Source: Cercozoa sp. M6MM
Lineage: Eukaryota; Protista; Endomyxa: Ascetosporea
Reading direction: 5' to 3' (one strand)
NCBI GenBank assembly: GCA_040357565.1
Contig: JBDODJ010000062.1
Length of the DNA: 64,000 nucleotides
In this document: positions 1 to 10,152 of the stretch, piece after piece
Layout: the number at the start of each line of letters is the position of its first letter
Numbering within the stretch: the first letter of the stretch is position 1
Notes under the pieces: generated by a model
What the model was told of the DNA's origin: nothing
Databases searched by the model: none
What the model saw: only the letters and a program-made list of their open reading frames with translations
Translations under genes and position numbers: made by a program

Positions 1-48
1 TTGCCCTTACCCCCTACCACTATACTTCTTTACCCCCCCCCCCCCCAG

Positions 49-492
49 GTGTTTCCGTCGCCTGTGCGGTCAGCGTTTCATGGAGCGAGTGCGACGCGAC
101 CGGGACAGACGAGACAGGTTGGACCGGTCGGACAGGTCGGACCGAGTGGACAGGGACAGACGGGACAGGTCGGACGGATTGGACGGCGATACGGGAGCGC
201 CAATGACGCGATCGACATCGGCGATGGCGCTGCTGGATTCGATGCAGCTGCACACCACCGATTCCACTGGGACAGGTACAGTTGTACATTAGTACTGTTG
301 TACATTTGTACAGTTGTACAATTGTACAGTTGTACAATTGTACAGTTGTACATTTGTACAGAAAATACAGATAGTACAGGTAGTACAACAGATAGTGCAG
401 GTACAGGTGGTCACACAGACGATGAAACACACCTGCAGGCGCCTGCCTCACGTCGACGGGTTCTGTCCTGGGTACAACGCTTCCTTAACTAA
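49..492 (+). CDS. 3' exons of a hypothetical protein (5' part lies outside the window), Arg/Asp-rich segment
   Basis: Acceptor cag at 46-48. The exon reads ...MERVRRDRDRRDRLDRSDR...; intron 276-406 (GT..AG) joins it in frame to GGHTDDETHL...VQRFLN*, stop TAA at 490-492. Confidence 0.5.
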   Translation: MFPSPVRSAFHGASATRPGQTRQVGPVGQVGPSGQGQTGQVGRIGRRYGSANDAIDIGDGAAGFDAAAHHRFHWDRYSCTLVLLYICTVVQLYSCTIVQLYICTENTDSTGSTTDSAGTGGHTDDETHLQAPASRRRVLSWVQRFLN

Positions 493-515
493 GAGCGCAC
501 CCTTTAGTAAAGTCT

Positions 516-734
516 GTGCACTGACAGAGTGCCGACCGGTTCGCACGTGCGCGTGCTGACAGTCTGTGCTCCGAGTCGCCTGGACCGACTCGAGGCGACA
601 TGAGCACAGCCGCCAGCACCTGCACCAGTCCTGGCAGCACTAGTACCGGCAGCCGGAGTCTGAGCGACGTGGACCAGCGCGAACTCGCTCCATACAGAGT
701 GACTTCCAGCGACGATGACTCCGATGCCTTGCAC
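516..734 (-). ncRNA. Candidate structured ncRNA (~220 nt, two long arms)
   Basis: Nested inverted repeats: 553-571 with 602-619 (~18 bp on the minus strand, with G-U pairs), 572-578/586-592, 648-660/717-728, and terminal gtgca/tgcac. Confidence 0.4.
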
Positions 735-750
735 GAATAATACAGTAAGT

Positions 751-970
751 TTAGTTAGTTTAGTCTACCGTAAACCAACTAGTGTCGTTTCCCTGTACCA
801 CTCCTGGGTCTTGTACGAATGATACAGTTTCGGCACAGTCGGTACGAACGACACCGTACTTGCAGACTGTCCCGTACTGTACCTGCACAGTACGTAGTAT
901 ATGTATATAAGTTACAGTAGTTCAGTGACTTAAGTCTACGAAGGAACCGACTACTGTCGTATGTAGCTCT
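751..970 (-). repeat. Two copies of the dispersed TAGTTGGTTT/GTAGACT element 3' module
   Basis: Minus strand of 751-800 reads tggtacagggaaacgacactagttggtttacggtagactaaactaactaa. Minus strand of 933-966 reads ctacatacgacagtagtcggttccttcgtagact. Both match the copies at 40371, 40720-40758, 48605 and 63082. Confidence 0.65.
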
Positions 971-1116
971 AGCTCGGCCGGGTGCAGTACGGTTGGACCA
1001 TAACTACTGTCGTGTATCCACAGTCATTCAAACTGCCTGCGTCTGAATCAATTCGAACAACCACGTAAAAGTAAAACGAAAACTGAGCGATCATCCGCCC
1101 ACTGACGAGATTGTCT

Positions 1117-1571
1117 CTACTGCTCCTCGTCGCTCGTGCTCTCCTTGGCCGCCTTACTCTTGTCCTCCTTGAGCAACTCGTCCTCTTCCATGCCGGCCTG
1201 CCTGCGCACACGGCAAGGGTGGCATCATAACAACAAGGAACTGTCTAATGCAGGGCCTACTGGATAATGTCTTGGAACGACGACTCCAGCTCGTCGACTC
1301 GCTTGCCCATCTCGTCGACTGTTCACAACAAGACAGTGAAGTTTTTTTTTGAGTGCTGCGAAACAGCGTACTCTTGTCCAGGATCTGCTGCGACATGTCG
1401 ACGAACCGCGTGTGCATGTTCTCTACACCGCAGCAGCCATCAGTCACAGTCAGTTGACACTCACGCAGGCAGCATTCCCAAAGTACCCAGCATGTCCTCG
1501 ACCTGTCGGGCCAAGTCCTCCTCTTGCTGGCCCTGCTGCTGTTGCTGCTGTGCTTCCGGCTCGCCCGACAT
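1117..1571 (-). CDS. HSBP1: Heat shock factor-binding protein 1 (4 exons)
   Basis: Spliced product MSGEPEAQQQQQQGQQEEDLARQVEDMLENMHTRFVDMSQQILDKIDEMGKRVDELESSFQDIIQQAGMEEDE... matches the HSBP1 coiled coil (F..MS.QI...ID.M..RID.LE..I.D...QAG). Confidence 0.9.
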
Positions 1572-1818
1572 TCTGGTTTTGGTTCTGTTGCAAACGAATC
1601 GCGCTCGTCTGGTCGCTTGCGATGTCTAAATGGTGTGACAAACTGCACACACACACCAGGATTTCCTCAGTTTGCCAGGCAAGGCCAACTTTAGTGTATG
1701 CAGGCACCTTTAAAAAACAGTCTGGTTTGTTTTATTTTTTTCTTTGTGAACCAAAGTCCGCGCCCGGTACTCCGGAGCGGCCGATGCGCGCAATCCTGAG
1801 AGAGTGTGTGTGTCAGCG

Positions 1819-1939
1819 ACGCGAATCTCCCCCCAGTGAGCGAGGGTGCTTCCCCGCCACGCACCATCCGTGCGCTGCCGATTCAAGATCGGTTCTGACG
1901 GTCATCGGCGGCCCAAGAACGTGATTCCGTGCGTTTTTT
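1819..1939 (+). ncRNA. Candidate small structured RNA ending in a T-run
   Basis: Stems acg(c)gaatc/gattccgt, ggtgc/gcacc and gctgccgat(1874-1882)/atcggcggc(1904-1912); T6 at 1934-1939. Confidence 0.3.
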
Positions 1940-2575
1940 CCTTTTTTTAATTCGTTTTCTCTTTTCAACAAAAGAGTCCTTTCATTCTTTTCGCGCCTTC
2001 GCCGTTCGGTCCCGCCCATTTGCCTCGCTCAGTCGGGTGTTTATGGCTGTGCGTGCATTTGAATGCCCAGCGCCTGCTAACCCGCAAGCGATCGAAGTTG
2101 TGTACCGGAGTTTTGAGTTTTGGTTTGACACAAAGTTTTTCCCGAGTTGAGAAGCCCGATTCTTGCTGGAGTTGAAATGCGGTTTTTTCGTCATCTCACA
2201 TGCTGTGCTGCGCAGGCAGTCTGGTCATTGCCAAGCGATCACAGTCGCCAGAGCATGGGCACAGCGTCTTCCTCACCGGTATCCAAAATCCAAAAGCATT
2301 TTTGGTCGACTGGTCAGTTGGCCACCCTTACTTTTTTGCATTTTCCGCTTCCGCGCGAAGAGTTATGCTTTTGCCTAAGATCCTCTCCGTGTGTGCGCTT
2401 TGGTTTGCCGCGAGGCAGTCGTGCCGTTCGTGCTGACATATGCCATGGTGGCAGTTTGGCGACTGGGTGGTTGTGCGATTTTTTGTTCCCTTTTTGGTTG
2501 TTTGACTTGATCTTTGGCGTGCGTTTTTTTTTTTCGTTTTTTGTGCTCGTTCTACCTTGCAATTGGTGAGAGTAG

Positions 2576-3652
2576 ACGCGTGAGGAGCACGCTGAGAGCA
2601 ATGCGCAGCGTGTGGCCGAGGAAGTCGCAGCGAGTGCCATTGCATCGCCCTCTCATTCGTCAGTTTCTGCAGGGCCGACTGATTCGGTCTACCCGAGCAG
2701 CGAACGGCCGCGAGACAAGAGCGTGAGTCCGCAGAAAGCCGAGCAGAAGCGACTGGAAGGGCAGCAGAAACGGCTGGAGACAAAGCAGGCGAGACAGGCA
2801 GCGAAGGAGCAGGCGAAGCAGGCGAAAGAGCAGGCCAGGCAGGCCAAGCAGGAGGCCAAGCTCGCCAAGCAGCAGGCGAAACAGCAGGCCAAGCAGCAGC
2901 AAAAGGAAGCGGCCCGACAGGAGAAACTGCGCAAGAAAGCGCAGCAGCAGGAAGCAGCTGCAGCAGACTCGCAGATGCAGCAGCAGTCCAAACAGTCCAG
3001 CAAACAGTCCGGCAAGCTAGCGAGGCCGCCGTCGGGCCGTTCGATGCTGCGTTTCGGGAAGAAGCCGGCGGCGGCGCGTGCGCAGTCGGCCGATGACGGC
3101 ACAGTGTCGGGCATGCGTCGCTCGCGCTCGATGCACGCTTTCCCGCTGGACGCGACGCGGCCAACACAGGCAGCGTCGAAACAGCAGCAACAGCAACCAG
3201 TGCAACAGCAGCAGTCGCGTTTGCTGTCGCGTAGCAAGAAGACGCAGCAGCAGTCGAGACCAGCGACGAGACCAGCGAGTGGCGGCAAGACACACGGCCA
3301 CGTGCCCTACAAGATCGTGCGCGGAGGCGAGGCCCCGTCGGGTGCTGCCACACGACCGGCGCAGCCGCCGCGTCGCAGTCAGCAACAGCAGCGCAATCTC
3401 GACGCACTGCGCGCCTCGCGCTCCGTGCCGAACTTCCAGGTGCTGCTGGGACGCACCGACTTTTCGCGTCAGTCCTCCGAGGTGTGTCACTGTCTGTGTC
3501 TCTATGCCCGTGTCCATGTATGTGTAAATCTTGACGCTGGCGTGTGCAGGCGCAGATGTACCAAATGATGGTAAAGCGCGTGCGCCAGCTGCCGGGTCCG
3601 TACGCCCGTGTTGCGCGCATGGTATGCACTTGGCTTAATATCTACCTCGTAA

Positions 3653-3734
<82 letters not shown>

Positions 3735-4529
3735 CATGTGTTTATGTATTTATGTGTGTGTACGTAGTGTGTGTATAGATGTGTATTTATGTATGTGTGT
3801 ATGTGTATGTGCATCTATGGCATCTATGTTTGTGTGCGAGTAGGAACGCTCGCCGCCGTCAATTCCGGCGGTGCGCGAGGAAAGCGACGAGGACGATTCG
3901 GACGACAGTTCGGAGCACGAGATGGACCTCGGACAGCACTTTGGCAGTGTTGCCGAGAGCGAGTTGCGCGCTCCGGTAGGCTCTCTGTGCATATAAACAT
4001 GTACAAAGATACATATGTAGTATGATAGTATGTTGTATGTATACATGTCTATATGCGTCGTTGTACGTCCGTAGATCACGTCGCTCAAGGCGTACGAGCA
4101 TGCGCCTCGCGCGATTTTCTTCCGCGACCGCGAGCCCATCGCGACTCGGAGAGGTACACTGTATCTGTATAGAGTATATATATATATATAGATATGTCTA
4201 TAGGGAGCGATCGTTCGCGTCGCTCGCTGCTGTCGAAGCCGATGCGTCGCAGCAGCAGCACAACATGCATGGAGTTGCTGACCACGTCCGACGTGCCTGC
4301 GCCGCCACTGCCGGCATCAGCGTCGTCAGGCCGCTTTTCCAATGGCGTCGATTCGCAGGGTGCCCTCTTCAGCCCATTATATGTCCATCTATAGATATCT
4401 ATAGATATCTATATGTATGTATGTATATACACTTCTGTAGGAATGACGCCCAATGCCAAGAGCAGCGCCGACTCCTTCCCGGCTTCTGTGGCCGCTGCTG
4501 TCGGCGTGATGAACGAAGAGAGTGACTGA
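2576..4529 (+). CDS. Hypothetical multi-exon protein with a Q/K/A-rich coiled coil and low-complexity Ser/Arg regions; 5' exons (~2043-2470) unresolved
   Basis: Long exon 2576-3481 (KQARQAAKEQAKQ... repeats), further GT..AG-bounded exons, last exon ...VGVMNEESD* with TGA at 4527-4529. Confidence 0.6.
3657..3731. repeat. (TA)n(TG)n microsatellite in an intron
   Basis: Seen directly in the sequence. Confidence 0.95.
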
Positions 4530-4864
4530 GCCCGCGACGCAAGCGACTTCGGAGCTTCCTTGCCAAACGCAGCAAAGTTCCGATCTGCGCTTGCCTTAGC
4601 TACGATATATAATTTTGTGATTTCCCTATTTGTTTCATTTAACATCCGTCGCTTGTACAACGTAATTTTGGGCAAGCCCGGCTGAAGTAGCTGGTGCAGT
4701 AGCTGCTCTAACCTAGTAGTAAACCAGTGTGCTAAGTAAGATCGGGACTGAAACCGGTCGGCAAGAATGGAGTTGCTGATGCCTGTAGGCACACACAGAA
4801 ACCTCAATCTCACATGCTACCAACCAGGGATGTGGAAAAACGCACCGATAGCACGGCAGGCGAG

Positions 4865-7680
4865 TTAGACGACGACGCCGCCGCCGACCGGAAGGCCGCC
4901 AGAATGTCGGCCTGCGAGCGTATGTGCATAGTTTGGAGGATTAGCCAGGCGGTAGTTGAGATGGGGGTGTACCTTCCGCGCGAGCGACTCTTCGTTCTCC
5001 TCGAAGGACGGATTCAGCATGGCGTACAGTCGCCGTCGGTTCTCGCTGCACGGGGGTAAGAGGGTATAGGATGCATGGGGATGATAGAGGGTACGCATGC
5101 ATGTGCGCCGAGGTGTGCATGTCGTAGGAGGAAAGCGGCAGGACTTGACACTCGTCAGTGTCGCTGTCGATGGTGGTACTGTAGGTGCCGATCGACGCGT
5201 GCGCGTCGCAGGCCGTCTCATCGCCCGGGTCCTCTTCGCTGTTGTTGTTGTCGCCGTGCTCTCTGAGTCGAGTGCCGTGCAGACCACTGTCGTAGCTGTC
5301 GTTGCTGTCGTCATTGTCGCTCTCACTGTCGCTCTCACTATCGCTCTCACTGTCACTGTCCTCTCTCGGGTGCAGCGGCATGCCGTACGTGCATCTATCA
5401 AGGACGGAAGGGTACATGGGAGGGAGGGCACACTAGGCAGACTACCTGTAGACGGTACACGCCGCTTGTGTCATGCGACGGCCCAGGAAACTGCAGATAC
5501 GTTTCGAAGGACGGAACAGCGTCTTCACGACATCGTCGGCTACGCGTGTAGAACATACACCCTCGTACCTCCCTTACCCCCACTCTTATTCCCTCCCCGG
5601 TAGAGTCTCGATAAGTGTACCCAAGTGAAGTGTCTCGAGTTCTTGCTCCTGCGGCGGCGTGTGGAAGGCCGGGTGCGACGACACGTGCGCCAGCAGCGTG
5701 TTGTCCTCCTCCTCGCACTCCGAATCCTCCGCCGCTCGCAGCACTGTCGCGCGCAGGTGTTTAGACCCTGTGAGGTGGGGACAAACGGGGAAGAATACGG
5801 GGCCAGGGTAGACAGAGAGTAAGAGTGTCAGGGTAAGGGTAGTCAGAGGGTAAGTAGTCAGAGGGTAAGGGTAGTCAGAGGGTAGGTAGTAAGGGGTGGA
5901 GGTGTACGCCGCTGCTTCTTTCGCTTGGCCGAGAAGGAGAAGAGCGCGTGCAGGCACAAGTGATCGGTTGGAAACTCGGCATTCGGCAGCGACTTGAGCA
6001 CAGTGGTGGCCAGTTCCTCGCGGCGCCACCAGTCGTGCCAGCGACGCAGCTTCACTCCTGCACCTGCACGGGGGAGGGGTGATGGGGGGTAACAGGGGGT
6101 GATGGGGGGTAACAGGGGGAAGGGGGTAACAAGGAGGTAACAGGCGGGTACCGCCAAAGAAGAGGTAGTCGAGAGTGCCACGGAAGTGGCCAGTCGAGTT
6201 GGTGAAAGCCGGCTCGCCGTGCTCGTCGTCGGGCAGCGCTTCGCCCAGCGACTCCTCGCCCTGCTGGACTCACAACTTATACCCCTACCCCTTGCCCCCC
6301 CCCCCCGACAAGAAAACGCACCGCATCGCGGGCAGCAGCGGAGGCCGAGCGCAGAGTGAGAGCCGAGATTTGTTCCTAGCATGTGTGTATCAGTAGGCAG
6401 GGAGGACAGGGAAGACATGGTACATCGTCATCGACCGAGGTGAGTAGCGACGACAGCGTGCCTCGCACCAGCAGAGTTTGCTTCAGCAGATTGTACACGG
6501 TCTACCAAGGGGAGAGAGGTAGGTGAGATGGTTTAAGGGGTATGGAGGGATAAAAGGTAAGGGGTGGGACAGGGGACCGAGCCAGGCAGCGAGTTGAGGT
6601 CGCCACAGAGCACGACGCCCTTGCAGCGCGGCATGGTCGACAGCGCCGCCAGCACGCGTCGCAGGTGCCGCGCCTGCGCGAGCTTCACCTGGTCGCGCTG
6701 CGGGTCCCAATACAGGTGCGCATTGAGCACCCACACGCCCTTCTGCGACTGCGACTGCCGCGGCTGCAGGAATACTGCGCACACGCATACAGACATACAG
6801 ACGTACAGACACATACATATATATAGACAGGCAGAGTACGGCCGAGTGCGACGTTGTGCGTGCGGTAGGGGTCCCACTTCTTGTTGAGCGCCGTTGCAGC
6901 CTCGGGTACTCGGTCTAGGTCAATGTCCAGGTGCTCCAGCGACAGTGCAAAGACGGAGCGCCGCCAAAACTGCATTAATATAATATTTGTTCATTATATA
7001 TTATGCATATATGCTGAAGTACAGTGGCCACGCCGTCGCACTTTTTGTTGTGTCGCTTAAGAAAAACGCCGTCGAAGCCGTGCGGCGACAGCAGCGCGTA
7101 GACATCCTCGTAGCGATCGACCTCCTGCAGACAGATGATGTCGGTGCAGTCGATGAAGCGCATGATCCACGCCTCCAACTGGATTGGCACACACCACACA
7201 CATGCACACAGACATACAGACATATAGAAATATCTGTATGTATAGATGTACAAAGGGACTTAAGAGACACCTTTCTGAGTCGTCTTCGCCAGCGAAAGCG
7301 CCGGCGGAACTCGTCGACGTCGTACTGCTCAGCGAGCTCGCGAAACATGGCGCGTCGCTGCGCGCAACAAAGCAAAAGCACAGAACATGCTTCAGTTTAC
7401 AGCCTGTGTGTTTGGTTTCTTTGAGTGCTGTCCTACCGTGTACTCCTGGGCGAGGATGTTCCAGCTGAGCACGCCAAACACGAGACGCTCGGTGTTGACA
7501 CGCGACATCGCCGTCTCCTCTCGCCAGCGCAAAGCAAGCCAACAACACGTCAGGCAGACCTAGGGAACAGCGAAGCACACCGTCTTGTGGAAGTTGCGCG
7601 ACAGTCTCGGTTAAACAGAGTCCGCTGCGCACAATTCGACGACCCGATCCTGGGTAATGAACGCTGCCAGACTGCACACC
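4865..7680 (-). CDS. CCR4/nocturnin/angel-family EEP (endonuclease-exonuclease-phosphatase) protein; start uncertain
   Basis: Spliced exons give the motifs VLSWNILAQ, DIICLQEVD, DGVATFWR, NAHLYWDP, VVLCGDLNSLP and FPTDH, followed by an acidic/Ser-rich C-terminal extension. Confidence 0.88.
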
Positions 7681-8201
7681 AAATGCCGATCACTCTTCTG
7701 CACTCGTGCGAGTTCTACTACCTGACAATGAGCTTGCACTGAGCACCAGCGGCCAAGCTGCACATGCGAGTGGTCCTTAGAGCTGTTTTGCCTTCCTTTA
7801 TTTTTATGCCGTCTCACACGGGACAAACGGACGGAGACCTCTTCGGCCCACATTTCTCGCAACACAGTGCGTTAGATCACATTTAAGTACGCTTTTAGTT
7901 AGAAGTGTAGTGTTATGCACACGCAGACGAGCGAGTATTTGTAAACAATGGCGGTTCAGGATCGCCAACTCGAGCGTTTCTCCACCGTCTTGGTCAACAC
8001 AAGCGTTTCTGGGCGAAGCTTGATCTTGGTGTATTTGTGATCTTGAACCGCTCCCATAGGCGCCCACCTGTCTGCAATCTCATTGACAGAGAAATAGGTG
8101 GCCCCTGCAGCGACCTAGAGCAACCGGCGCGGCGGTAGGTTGGTTTGACGCCTTTGAAGCTAACTGTCATTGACTATTTGCAGGATTGGAGCAAATTGAC
8201 C

Positions 8202-9838
8202 ATGACGTCAAAGGCCATTTTGCATGTGTTCGAAGAGTATCAAGTTGCTCGCACGAAGTTCGTGCAGTCAGTCGCTGAGCTCGCTTCAAGGCCACAAAAC
8301 GCCGAAGCTTTGCAGAATGTTGGTGCACTCGCATTGCTGCGGCCGCTCCTGCTCGACAACGTGCCATCGATTCAGCAATCTGCTGCTTTGGCAATTGGTC
8401 GACTAGCAAGCCATTCAGAAGCCACTGCAGAGTCGGTGATTTCTAACGACGTTCTTCCACAGCTTGTCTACTCTCTTGCCGAACAAAACCGGTACTTCAA
8501 GAAGTCGGCTGCCTTTGTGCTGCGGAACGTGGCGAAGCACTCGCCTGCACTCGCCCAAGCCGTCGCCGACAGCGGTGCACTCGAAGCGCTTGTTGATTGT
8601 CTCGGCGATTTTGAACCTGCGGTAAAGGAGCACGCAGCACTCGCTCTCGCTGCAGTGGCTCGGCATGGACCTGAACTCGCACAGGCAGCGCTCGATGCAG
8701 GCGCTGTGTCGCAGCTCGTGCTATGTGTTCAAGAACCAGAGTTGTCGCTAAAGCGAGTTGCTGCGCATTCAATCGGCGAATTGGCGAAGCACTTGCCAGA
8801 CCATGCGCAAGCAATCGTAGATGTTGGTGCAGTGTCATATCTCGCACCTCTTCTGCAGCACAACGATTCGCGATTGAAGCGCCACACTTGCACTGCGCTT
8901 GCACACATTGCAAAGCATTCTGTCGATATGGCCGAAGCAGTGGTGGAAGCCGACGTGTACCCAAAACTTCTTTTCTTGCTGAAAGATTCAGACCTGGTGG
9001 TGCGACGATGTGCGGCTACGTTGGTGCGAGAGACTGTGAAACATACGCCTGAGTTGGCTCGTCTTGTGGTTAACTGTGGTGGCCACGGAGCACTCGTGGA
9101 TTTCGTTGCCGAAGAGATAGTTGACGAGGGCGAGCGCGAAGTGAGTGCTGACGACAAACTGCCGGCGATAATGGCACTGGGCTACATCTCTGCCTTTTCG
9201 GACACACTCGCCTCAGCAGTGATTCAAGCGCACGGAGTGCTCGCTTTGAAGTCCGCACTTTCTCATGGCAACGCCGATTATGTCCGTGCAGCCGCTGCGT
9301 GGAGTCTGGGCCAGATTGGGCGGCATACTCCCGACCACGCCAAAGCACTCGCGCAGGCAGACGTGCTGCGAAAGCTCGTTGAACTCATCGCCGAAACTTC
9401 GGTGGAAGGCGAAACAAAAGGCGAAACCTCAATGCGTGGCGATCTACACGACAAAGCACTCATGGCTCTCCGCACCGCTCTCAACAAATGCACCATGTGC
9501 TCGGCTTTGGAAGCTCTCATGTTCGTACGTCAACTTCAGTTTAAAGCATGCACGGGTGTGTTGTATCAGTTCTTTCCCTGTAGAATGCACCGCACGAAGT
9601 CTTGAAGCTTGTTCTCGAGCAGTTTGTCAAAATCTTGCCGAATGACAAGGCATCGCGAAAGAGCTTTGTCACCTCTGGTTGTCTTGAGAAGGCACAACAG
9701 TTGAAGACGGAAAATGCACCAGTATTCGAAGATGTCGTGGCTGTGCTCAACAACCTGTTCCCTGCAGAGGTGGTCGCTTACTACCAGCCCGACTTCCACG
9801 AGAAACTAATTGAGAAAATTGACGAAATCGAACCTTGA
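8202..9838 (+). CDS. SPAG6: Sperm-associated antigen 6 / PF16, central-pair armadillo-repeat protein
   Basis: MTSKAILHVFEEYQVARTKFVQSVAELASRPQN... is the PF16 N-terminus, followed by ARM repeats. A single coding intron 9525-9583 joins to NAPHEVLK...FVTSG...YYQPDF. Confidence 0.96.
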
Positions 9839-10152
9839 TCTACAGTACAAGTAGATGAAAGCTGTCATGTTTTTACTGTAACTGTCAGAATCACTCAGTA
9901 TAGTTTTTACTGTCCCCCCCGTCTCATTCAGTCACTTTACTGAAAGAGTCGTTTCTTGTCGAACTGACCTCCATCCTGGTCGATCAGTGCTACAAGAGCT
10001 AGCATACAGCACAAGCGCAGCTGATTATGCTGCAGGTGGGCTCGCCGCTAAGTGGTTTTCTCTCGCGGCAAGATGACCGCCAGCTGCACGAATTTGCCAA
10101 TCACGCCCCCGTGTCTGTTTCGATTTTGCCTGCTCGAAACAGGTGAGTTTGC

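Noticed and set aside
566-584. CCAGG...GAGCA on the minus strand resembling SRP RNA helix 8
   Set aside because: No GNRA tetraloop, wrong spacing and closing pair, and no Alu domain seen.
2328-3629. 433-aa minus-strand ORF
   Set aside because: Antisense to a GC-rich low-complexity exon; splice signals support the plus strand.
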